IMG/VR virus record: IMGVR_UViG_3300046739_000187
Span: 1 to 43,724 of that record
DNA: 43,724 nt
Reading direction: 5' to 3' (one strand)
Source: a virus
Taxonomy: Duplodnaviria; Caudoviricetes
The translations under genes were made by a program, and so were the position numbers. Of this stretch, positions 36,231 through 43,724 are shown one piece after another; the stretch's first letter is position 1; each line of letters starts with the position of its first letter. The notes below the pieces were generated by a model, which was not told the DNA's origin, made no database searches, and saw only the letters and a program-made list of their open reading frames with translations.

Positions 36231-36601
36231 AGGCGGCCGAACGGCTCGGCGTGTCGGTGCGCCGGTTCGAGGGTTGGGAGCCGACCACCTTCTACACCCA
36301 CGACGACGCCGGTCGGCTGGTCTCGTCCCGTCCTGAGTCGGAGTGGGACGAGGAACAGCAGGGCTGGATGTTGGCGCTGGCACTGGCCCGGCAGCTGACC
36401 TGCGACGGGTGTGGCGGGTGGCTGCCGGAGACGACAGCGACCGACCCGGAGGAGTACGTGGTGCCGCCGCCGTACCGCTGCGGGAAGTGCACCAAGTTGG
36501 GCATCGCGCAGGAGGCCCACGCCGCCGATCACAGGCACATGCATGCGACACGCTGGTCAGCCGAGCGGAGGTCCGATGGCGAACCGCACGGTGAGCGTTG
36601 A
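36179..36601 (+). CDS. Tail assembly chaperone T segment, reached by -1 frameshift at CCCTTTC
   Basis: C-CCT-TTC heptamer at 36179-36185; the -1 frame is open through to the 36251..36601 ORF. Confidence 0.72.
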   Translation, partial: PFLARRLATSQQLRDRVEAAERLGVSVRRFEGWEPTTFYTHDDAGRLVSSRPESEWDEEQQGWMLALALARQLTCDGCGGWLPETTATDPEEYVVPPPYRCGKCTKLGIAQEAHAADHRHMHATRWSAERRSDGEPHGER

Positions 36602-38690
36602 ACTACAGGCCAACGTCGCGGGCTTTGTGGCCGGCGCGAAAGAAGCCGAGGCGGCTACCGACAAGCTGGACAAGAAGCTCACCGACATCGGCCAGCACGG
36701 CAAGGACTTCGCCGAGGCCGAGAAGTCCGCCGCAGGTCTGGCGGCCGCCGTGAAGGAACCGACGGCGGCGACCGCTGAGCTGGCGGACAAGGTTGACGGC
36801 GCTGGCCGGCAGATGAAGGAAACCGCGGTCGACGCCCGGTTCCTGGCCGACGAGTTGAAGAAGGCCCGCACGGCGGCGCTGGAGGCCGCCGCGGCGTTCG
36901 CGGTCACGGGCGACAAGACGAACCTGACCGAGTTCCGCAAGCAGACCGCCTACGCGGGCCAGCTTGGCAGGGTTGAGAAGGCGCTGGTCAAGGATGCGGA
37001 GCAGACCGGCACGCAGGTCGGTACGCAGCTTGCGAAGTCGACCGAGTCGGCGTTTTCCGGCGGTTTCCGGGAGATGATCACCAACCCGTACGTGTTGGCC
37101 GCTCTGGCGCCCGCGGTGGTGGAGCTGGGCACGGGTGTCGGTGCGCTGCTGCTGACCGGCGTCGGCCTCGCTGGTGTCGGTGCGGGTATCGCCGGGCAGA
37201 TCAGCAACCCGGCCGTAGCGCTCGCCGGTAAGGAACTCGGCACGAAGGTGTCGGACGGCTTCAGGGAGGCCACGGGCGCGTTCGCGCAGCCGATCGAGGA
37301 TTCGTTGATGGCGGTCGGGCAGGAGTGGGATCGGCTTGCCCTCGGCCTGCACACGACGTTCGACTACCTGGCCCCGTCGGTGAAGGTGTTGACCGCGGGG
37401 GCGTTGGGTTTCGCTGACGCGCTGATCCCGGCCTTGGAACGGGCCGCTGTGGAGGCGCAGCCGCTGATTCAGACCCTGGCGAATTGGTTGCCGAACCTCG
37501 GCGGTGACCTGGCCAGCCTGTTTGACACCCTGTCGGCTCACGCGGACACGTTCAACGACGCCCTGAAGATGATCCTGGGTACGACGGATCTGCTGGTTAA
37601 GGGCGTCGACCTCACCACTAACTCGTTCGCTGGCCTGTTCAAGATCGCTGAGATGACGACCGGCAGCCTCGACGCGCTGATCAGTTGGGGCGGCCACGGC
37701 AGCGACACCAAGGCCCTCAAGTTCATGACCGAGGACACCACATCCGCTGCTCGGGCCGCGGCCATAGCCAAGGGTGACTTCGCCGCCCTCGCCCAGCAGC
37801 TCAACGCCACCACGATGACTGCGGACATGTTGGCCGGGGCGATGGCGGACAAGGTGTTCAACGCGATGGTGTCCGCTGACCGGGCCTCGTTGACGCTTCA
37901 CGAGTCGCTGACCCGCCTGTCGGAGTCGTTCAAGACCAACGGCAAGTCCATCGACATCAACACGTCGAAGGGGCAGGCGAACCGGGAGGCTGTCCTGGCG
38001 GCGGTGGGTGCGAACATCCAGTTCTACGACACGATGATCAAGTCCGGCTATTCGGCGAAGCAGGCATCCGACGCATACGACCAGAACACCGCCGCCCTGG
38101 AAGCCCAGTTGCGCAAGGCTGGCCTCACTAAGGTCCAGATCAGCGCGCTTATCGGCGAGTACCGCAAGGTGCCGGCCAAGGTCGACACCGACATTGCGAT
38201 GAACGGGCTCGCCCAGGCACTCAACGACCTGAACGAGTTGCTGCGCAGGCTGAACGGCCTACCGTCGCTCAAGAAGATCACCGTGGAGACCATCCACATC
38301 GATACGCGGCACGCGACCCCGTACGCCAAGGGTGGCTTCTGGTCGGGTCGGGCCGCAGCGGACGGCATGTTCCTCGCCCCGTCGGACCCGGGCACGATCC
38401 TGGCCGGTGAGCCGCAGACGCGGGGGGAGTGGTTGATCCCGCAGGATGGCATTTCGCAGCAGCGTGCGGAGTACCTGGTCGGCAGCGCGGCTGCTGCTCA
38501 TGGCCTGTCGCTGGCCCGGTCGGTACCGGCGATGGGTGGCGGCTGGGGTGGCATGGCCACACCGGTGAGTGGACCCGACAACAGCGTGCACCTGACGGTG
38601 CAGGCGATGCGGGCCAACCTGGACTACACCGAATTGCAGGCGTGGCAGCGCAGCGCCGAGGTCCGTCAACGGGTGGGGAGGCCACGATAG
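36576..38690 (+). CDS. Tape measure protein
   Basis: GGAGG RBS then ATG 36576; 704-aa Ala-rich helical protein; C-terminal AGEPQTRGEW.IP. Confidence 0.9.
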   Translation: MANRTVSVELQANVAGFVAGAKEAEAATDKLDKKLTDIGQHGKDFAEAEKSAAGLAAAVKEPTAATAELADKVDGAGRQMKETAVDARFLADELKKARTAALEAAAAFAVTGDKTNLTEFRKQTAYAGQLGRVEKALVKDAEQTGTQVGTQLAKSTESAFSGGFREMITNPYVLAALAPAVVELGTGVGALLLTGVGLAGVGAGIAGQISNPAVALAGKELGTKVSDGFREATGAFAQPIEDSLMAVGQEWDRLALGLHTTFDYLAPSVKVLTAGALGFADALIPALERAAVEAQPLIQTLANWLPNLGGDLASLFDTLSAHADTFNDALKMILGTTDLLVKGVDLTTNSFAGLFKIAEMTTGSLDALISWGGHGSDTKALKFMTEDTTSAARAAAIAKGDFAALAQQLNATTMTADMLAGAMADKVFNAMVSADRASLTLHESLTRLSESFKTNGKSIDINTSKGQANREAVLAAVGANIQFYDTMIKSGYSAKQASDAYDQNTAALEAQLRKAGLTKVQISALIGEYRKVPAKVDTDIAMNGLAQALNDLNELLRRLNGLPSLKKITVETIHIDTRHATPYAKGGFWSGRAAADGMFLAPSDPGTILAGEPQTRGEWLIPQDGISQQRAEYLVGSAAAAHGLSLARSVPAMGGGWGGMATPVSGPDNSVHLTVQAMRANLDYTELQAWQRSAEVRQRVGRPR

Positions 38691-39650
38691 ATGCCCCTCG
38701 TCATTGGTGCCGATACCCCGGTCATCACCCCGCCGGACACTGGCGGCATTGTCACGCCGGTACCGGCGATCGACCTGGAAACCCTGGGTGTCTCCTGGAC
38801 GGCGCCGGATGGCACGGTGTGGCCCCTAACCACCCGGCCGCTGGGCTGGTACACGCTGCGGGACGCCGCCTACACGGGCGTCGCTCCGCTGAACCTGGCC
38901 GCCGACCCGAACCTCCGCTACGGGGCGCGGGTACGTCACATCCAACCCCAGCCGCGGATCCTGACGTTGCCGCTGCGGGTCGAGGGTGTGACGCACACCG
39001 AGTTCTTCACCCGGTGGCGGGCACTCGGGCAGGCGTTCGCGCAGACCCGCAGGCTGGGGCCGGGGACGTTGACGGTGGCGCAGCCGGACGGGTCGACCCG
39101 GCAGATCCGCGCCTACTACATGGCCGGCTTCGAGGGGCAGACCGGGCAGGGCTGGGCGTATGACACGGCGGTCCTGTCGCTGTACTGCGAGGACCCATAT
39201 TGGTCGGCCGTCACCCCGACGGTCATCACCCGCGCGTACGCGGGTGCGGCGGTCAGCTTCATCACGCCCAGCTTCCCGACCGTGTCCAGCTCGCAGACGT
39301 TGGGCGCGACCGTGGCCAACAATCCGGGTGACACGGAGACCTGGCCCTCGTGGGCGATCACCGGCCCGGCGGCCGGGATCACCGCCACGAACAACACCAC
39401 CGGTGAGGCGTTCACGCTGACCCCGGTGGGCGGGGCGATGACCGCCGGGCAGGTAGCCACGATCACCACTGATCCGCCGTCGATCATCGGCACGGATGGG
39501 GTGACGTCGTGGATCGGTGGCCTGAACTGGCCTAGCGCGGTCCTGTGGGCGCTACAACCGGGTGACAACAGCATCACTTTCACCGTGACCGGCAGCGGTT
39601 CGGGCACGTCGATCGTGTTGACCTTCTACCCCAGGTACGAGACGGCATGA
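38691..39650 (+). CDS. Distal tail (Dit-like) protein
   Basis: First gene after the TMP; CEDPYW, NPGDTETWP.W.I.GP, LQPGDN. Confidence 0.8.
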   Translation: MPLVIGADTPVITPPDTGGIVTPVPAIDLETLGVSWTAPDGTVWPLTTRPLGWYTLRDAAYTGVAPLNLAADPNLRYGARVRHIQPQPRILTLPLRVEGVTHTEFFTRWRALGQAFAQTRRLGPGTLTVAQPDGSTRQIRAYYMAGFEGQTGQGWAYDTAVLSLYCEDPYWSAVTPTVITRAYAGAAVSFITPSFPTVSSSQTLGATVANNPGDTETWPSWAITGPAAGITATNNTTGEAFTLTPVGGAMTAGQVATITTDPPSIIGTDGVTSWIGGLNWPSAVLWALQPGDNSITFTVTGSGSGTSIVLTFYPRYETA

Positions 39651-40795
39651 TCACGCTGTACTTCACCGACGGCAGCCTCGCGCCGATCGGTCAGCCGATC
39701 GTGGGCTGGACCCAGGTTGATGTGACGCTGCGGTTCAACGAGCCGTCGTCGGTCACGGTGCAGCTGCCGGCGCTCGGTGAGTACATCGAGGTCGCGCAGC
39801 CCGGTAACCGGCTCGTCGTCGTCCGTAACGGGTCGGTCCTGTGCTCCGGGCCGGTGGAGTTCCCCGCCGAGTTCAAGTGGGACGCCGCCGGCGGCGAGAA
39901 CGCCGAGCCGGGGAAGCTCACCGTCTCGGCGACCGATGACTCGGTGTGGCTCGGGGAACGGCTCACCTACCCGGACCCGACTGTTGCGTCCAACGCGCAG
40001 GGCACCGCCTACTACACGCTGACCACCACAAACGCCGAGACGGCGATGCGGAACCTCGTCAACCTCAACGCCGGGCCGGGGGCGCTGGCCTCCCGGCAGG
40101 TGGCGAACCTGGCGCTCGGGTCGGTCGCCTCGGTCGGGTCGAACATCAACGTCCGCACCCGGTTTGAACCGGTCAGTGATGCTCTGCGCGCTGCGGCGGT
40201 TGCCGGTGGTGGGCTCGGGTACCGGGTCGTCGAGTCCAGCGGCAGCCTGCTCTTCCAGGTGTACGCGCCGGTCGACCGTACGGGCAGTGTGCGGTTCTCG
40301 CGGGGCTTGGGGAACCTGCGGCAGATCTCCTACCAGGACCAGGCGCCCACGGCCACTGTGGCAATCGTTGGCGGGAACGGTACCGGCGCCACCCGGACCA
40401 TCGTGGAGCGGCCCAGCGTCGGCGCCACACCCACCCCGTGGGGGCGCATGGAGACGTTCGTCAACGACTCCAGCAGCACCACCGCCGACCTCAACCAGTC
40501 CGGTGACGACCAGCTGGCCCAGTCCGCTGAGCAGGCGCAACTGCTGGTGACAGCGATCGACACCGCCACGCAGCGGTACGGCGTCCACTACGGCCTTGGC
40601 GACAAGGTGACCGTCGAAATCTTCCCCGGCGTGGAGCTTGCCGACGTGGTGCGCGCGGTGCACCTGAGCGCCAGCCCCGACGACGGAGAGGTCGTCTCCC
40701 CGCAGATCGGCGCCGACTCCACCTCCACCGACCAGCTCTATGTGCGGCAGCTCCGCGCCCTTGACCGGCGCCTCGGACAACTGGAAAGGACGTAG
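39647..40795 (+). CDS. Minor tail/baseplate hub protein (ReqiPepy6 Gp37-like)
   Basis: LRFNEP, GRMETFV, YGVHYGLGDKVTV, RRLGQLER. Confidence 0.8.
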   Translation: MITLYFTDGSLAPIGQPIVGWTQVDVTLRFNEPSSVTVQLPALGEYIEVAQPGNRLVVVRNGSVLCSGPVEFPAEFKWDAAGGENAEPGKLTVSATDDSVWLGERLTYPDPTVASNAQGTAYYTLTTTNAETAMRNLVNLNAGPGALASRQVANLALGSVASVGSNINVRTRFEPVSDALRAAAVAGGGLGYRVVESSGSLLFQVYAPVDRTGSVRFSRGLGNLRQISYQDQAPTATVAIVGGNGTGATRTIVERPSVGATPTPWGRMETFVNDSSSTTADLNQSGDDQLAQSAEQAQLLVTAIDTATQRYGVHYGLGDKVTVEIFPGVELADVVRAVHLSASPDDGEVVSPQIGADSTSTDQLYVRQLRALDRRLGQLERT

Positions 40796-40797
40796 CC

Positions 40798-41718
40798 GTG
40801 GCTGATGACTCCTGGCAGTCGCCAACGCACAGCTCCGGCGCGGTGTCGGACATCGAGCTTGAGCAGTTGTACATGCCGTTCACGGCCAACGCGGTCGTCG
40901 GCTCGCCAGCGGACACGTCGGTGGCCTACGGCGACTCGTCCGGCATGCAGGTCAAGATCCGGCTGGGGAAACACGCCTCCGTGCGGGGCTTCCACTGGTA
41001 CTCAGGGGCCAGCGACTTCACTCTGGCGATCGGCGCCAACAGCTCCGGGTCGACCCGTATTGACCTGGTGGTACTGCGGCTGGACCGCTCCACCTGGAAC
41101 GTCCGGGCCGCGGTGGTCGCCGGCACGCCAGGTTCCGGCGCCCCGGCCGCCACCCAGAACACCGGCACCACGGGCGTGTGGGAGTTGCCGATCGCTCAGG
41201 TCACCGTCGTCAACGGCGCAGCAACGATCACCGCTGGGAACGTCAAGGCTGTCAACTGGTACTGCGGGCCGCAGTCGGTGGTGTGCACGTCGACGTCGCG
41301 GCCACCCGCCACGGCTGGTCTGGCCATCTACGAGACGGACACCGGCCGGCAGTACATCGGCAACGGGTCCACGTTCGTGAACTCGATCACCGATTCGGGT
41401 TGGGTGAACGTCCCGGCGGTCTCCACCTGGTCATCGTCGTGCGTCGTGCGCAACTACAACGGGGTCGCGTACGTGGCCGGCTACTTCACCCGGACCGGCG
41501 GCTCGATCGGCCCCAACGCCAACTACCAGGTCGGGACCGTGCCTGCCGGCTACCGGCCTGACCGGCTGGTCCGGGTGGCGATGGGACGGTCGGGCGGCGG
41601 CAACGCGGCTGGCTGGGTCGACACGGCCGGGGCTGTGGTCCTCTCCGAGTACAGCTTCACGATCGCCTCGCCGCAGAACCTGATCCTCGCCACCCTCTCC
41701 TACCCGATCGGAGGCTGA
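40798..41718 (+). CDS. Minor tail protein
   Basis: RIDLVVLRLD, WELPIAQV, IYETDTG, C-terminal TVPAGYRP domain. Confidence 0.78.
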   Translation: MADDSWQSPTHSSGAVSDIELEQLYMPFTANAVVGSPADTSVAYGDSSGMQVKIRLGKHASVRGFHWYSGASDFTLAIGANSSGSTRIDLVVLRLDRSTWNVRAAVVAGTPGSGAPAATQNTGTTGVWELPIAQVTVVNGAATITAGNVKAVNWYCGPQSVVCTSTSRPPATAGLAIYETDTGRQYIGNGSTFVNSITDSGWVNVPAVSTWSSSCVVRNYNGVAYVAGYFTRTGGSIGPNANYQVGTVPAGYRPDRLVRVAMGRSGGGNAAGWVDTAGAVVLSEYSFTIASPQNLILATLSYPIGG

Positions 41719-41719
41719 C

Positions 41720-43168
41720 GTGGCACGGCATCCGTTCGGCGGCACGATCGCCGACTACGCGGTCACCGACGGCGGCGGCGGCGCCGTCAACTTCGCGGCC
41801 GGCGTCACCGTGCTGTTCTACACGGCGGTCACGGCCGGGACACAGATCACCGACCTTGCCACCGATGCGACCGGGGCGACCCCGGTCACCGGCACCACGA
41901 CGGGTACCGGCTCGACAGCCGGTGAGGTCATCGAGGTGTGGGGCCCGGACGGCGTGCTGGGCATGTGGGCCTCCGCCAACGGTGGCCCGCGGGTGTTCAT
42001 GCTGGCCCGCGACGCGGCCGATATGATCGCCGCGAACACGGCCGGCCTGGCAACCCTGTCCGGCACTGTGTCAGCGCACACGACCGCGGTCAACCCTCAC
42101 GGCACCGCGTTCCCTGACCTAGTCGACACCGACGCGACCGCCCGCGCCAACGGGTACATCATCGTGTACGACTCGGCGACCGGGAAGAACAAGTACGTCG
42201 CCCCGTCGAGCGCGTCGGGTGCTGTGCTGCTCAACCCGCCGCTGGTGGGTGGTGTGTCGGTCGCGCAGCAGGTTACCCCGCCGACCGGCACCGGCTCCGG
42301 TGATCCGTGGCTGGACACCCGCCTGCCCTACTCGGCATCGGACAACAACCCGGACTTTCTGCAAATCCACGCCTACTGGTCGGATCTGGTCACCCGGATC
42401 AAGACGTACTGGAACAACGGCAACGGCGAGGTGCGCGGCGCGCCGTCAACGCCGGGCCGTATCGGCGCCAGGTTCTTCGAGTCATACGAGTCGATTGGCC
42501 TGAGCACGGGCCGGTTTTTCGAGCTCAGCACGAACCCCACGAACACCGCCAACCGCGAGCCGCTGCTGGGCGCGTACGGGTCGGCGAGCTCCACCAAGCC
42601 GGGCTGGATCGAGGCGACCCGCATCCTCAGCGCCTTGCAGGGCGTCGCGGTGGGCGGGAACTACAACTCGCTGACGCAGTTCATCTTCCGCGGTAAGCAA
42701 GCCACCACCGGCGCCCCGACGTCGGGGACGTGGCTGGCTGGCGACGTGGTCATGGACTCCGTCGGGGTGCTGTACCTGTGCACCGTCGGCGGCACCTCCG
42801 GCACGTGGGTCGGTGGTGGTAACTACACCACCCTGACGGACGTCGCGTCACTGGGTACCAACGTCTCCCACGGCACGCCACACTTCCAGTCCCGCACCGA
42901 GCCGGGCGGTATCACCCGCCTGCAAGGGCAACTGTCCTTCACCGGCTCCATCACCGGCAGCAGCACGCCCGGCTCTGGCGCGACGCTGGCGACCCTGCCA
43001 GCAGGGCAACGCCCAGCGGGGTTCGTGACGTTCACCGAGCGGTTCCTCGGCACCGGCGCCGCCGCGGCCGTGTTCTTCATCGACACGTCAGGCAACCTGT
43101 CCTGCTCGGCAAACCTGGTGTCCGGCAACACGGTCAACCTCGACGGCGTCACCTTCATCCACGCGTAA
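41720..43168 (+). CDS. Tail fibre / receptor-binding protein
   Basis: Gly/Thr-rich; GAPTSGTW..GD; C-terminal TLPAGQRP...LDGVTF. Confidence 0.75.
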   Translation: MARHPFGGTIADYAVTDGGGGAVNFAAGVTVLFYTAVTAGTQITDLATDATGATPVTGTTTGTGSTAGEVIEVWGPDGVLGMWASANGGPRVFMLARDAADMIAANTAGLATLSGTVSAHTTAVNPHGTAFPDLVDTDATARANGYIIVYDSATGKNKYVAPSSASGAVLLNPPLVGGVSVAQQVTPPTGTGSGDPWLDTRLPYSASDNNPDFLQIHAYWSDLVTRIKTYWNNGNGEVRGAPSTPGRIGARFFESYESIGLSTGRFFELSTNPTNTANREPLLGAYGSASSTKPGWIEATRILSALQGVAVGGNYNSLTQFIFRGKQATTGAPTSGTWLAGDVVMDSVGVLYLCTVGGTSGTWVGGGNYTTLTDVASLGTNVSHGTPHFQSRTEPGGITRLQGQLSFTGSITGSSTPGSGATLATLPAGQRPAGFVTFTERFLGTGAAAAVFFIDTSGNLSCSANLVSGNTVNLDGVTFIHA

Positions 43169-43182
43169 GGGAGGTAAGGACC

Positions 43183-43441
43183 ATGGCTCAGAGCCTTTTC
43201 GGCAACACATGTGGCAACTACGGCGGGGAGCAGTCCTACGTGGTCAAGGGGTGCCGTCGCCGTCACCGCGCAGGCCACAACCAACGGTGCGCTCGCCACG
43301 TCATGGTCTGACCTCATGGTGGCAGGCGACTATGTGGAGGTTCGGGTCTTCCAGAGTTCGGGTGGCGCGTTGAACCTCAACGTCAACGACTTCGACTCGG
43401 GTACGGCTTCCGCTCAAGCGTTCTGGCTGGCTAACGCATAG
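43183..43441 (+). pseudogene. Broken or chimeric tail gene remnant
   Basis: Strong RBS and ATG (MAQSLFGNT) whose frame closes at 43311; a tail-fibre-like C-terminus (GDYVEVRVFQSSGGALN) lies in another frame (43211..43441). Confidence 0.55.
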
Positions 43442-43486
43442 GACGGAGCGACATGCCTGTACGACCTATGTTGATGGTCACGGTGG

Positions 43487-43717
43487 GTGGCGGTCATACT
43501 GGCCGGCATGTCACTAGCCTCCATCATCTGCGGCGAGGAGGCCCGGCCGCCGGACGGTCACCGGACCGGCCCGTGTCACCTACTCGATGGACACGAGGCC
43601 GAACAGCATCAATCGGAGCGGTGCTCCTGGTCGGACGCCGAAGCGGAGGAGTGGACCCGGCAACGGCGGGCAGCGCGGGCCGGACTGCCCTGGTGGAGGC
43701 GTCTGATCGGCCGCTGA
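43487..43717 (+). CDS. Hypothetical protein
   Basis: C...H..PCHL..GH...H pattern; start uncertain (43487 or 43508). Confidence 0.45.
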   Translation: MAVILAGMSLASIICGEEARPPDGHRTGPCHLLDGHEAEQHQSERCSWSDAEAEEWTRQRRAARAGLPWWRRLIGR

Positions 43718-43724
43718 CCGTGGG

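Overview
This is a high-GC actinobacterial temperate siphovirus, probably of a filamentous actinomycete (host is inferred), seen in circularly permuted form. Left to right: (1) a minus-strand accessory operon resembling an actinomycete plasmid/AICE transfer module (FtsK/TraB-like ATPase, DUF2637/SpdA-like membrane protein containing 8-bp repeats, small partners) facing a divergent HTH gene; (2) an apparently intact attP (3' half of tRNA-Thr(CGT) flanked by paired arm-type repeats), tyrosine integrase, XRE repressor and Xis/Cro; (3) an early/replication region (ParB-like, WhiB-like, Cas4-like exonuclease, SSB-like, PrimPol-D5 primase/helicase followed by an iteron + DnaA-box origin candidate, RuvC-like, HIT); (4) HNH, candidate cos region, terminases, a portal interrupted by a Pro-initiated class-3-type LAGLIDADG intein, prohead protease, HK97 capsid, a free-standing HNH and two glycosyltransferase genes (one fused to an FkbM-like methyltransferase); (5) head-tail and tail genes ending in a broken tail-gene junction. 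No lysin or holin is recognisable in the window. The most unusual feature is a Tra/Spd-like DNA-transfer module joined to a virion-encoding phage across an intact attP. All family calls come from motif recognition by eye; no database searches were run.
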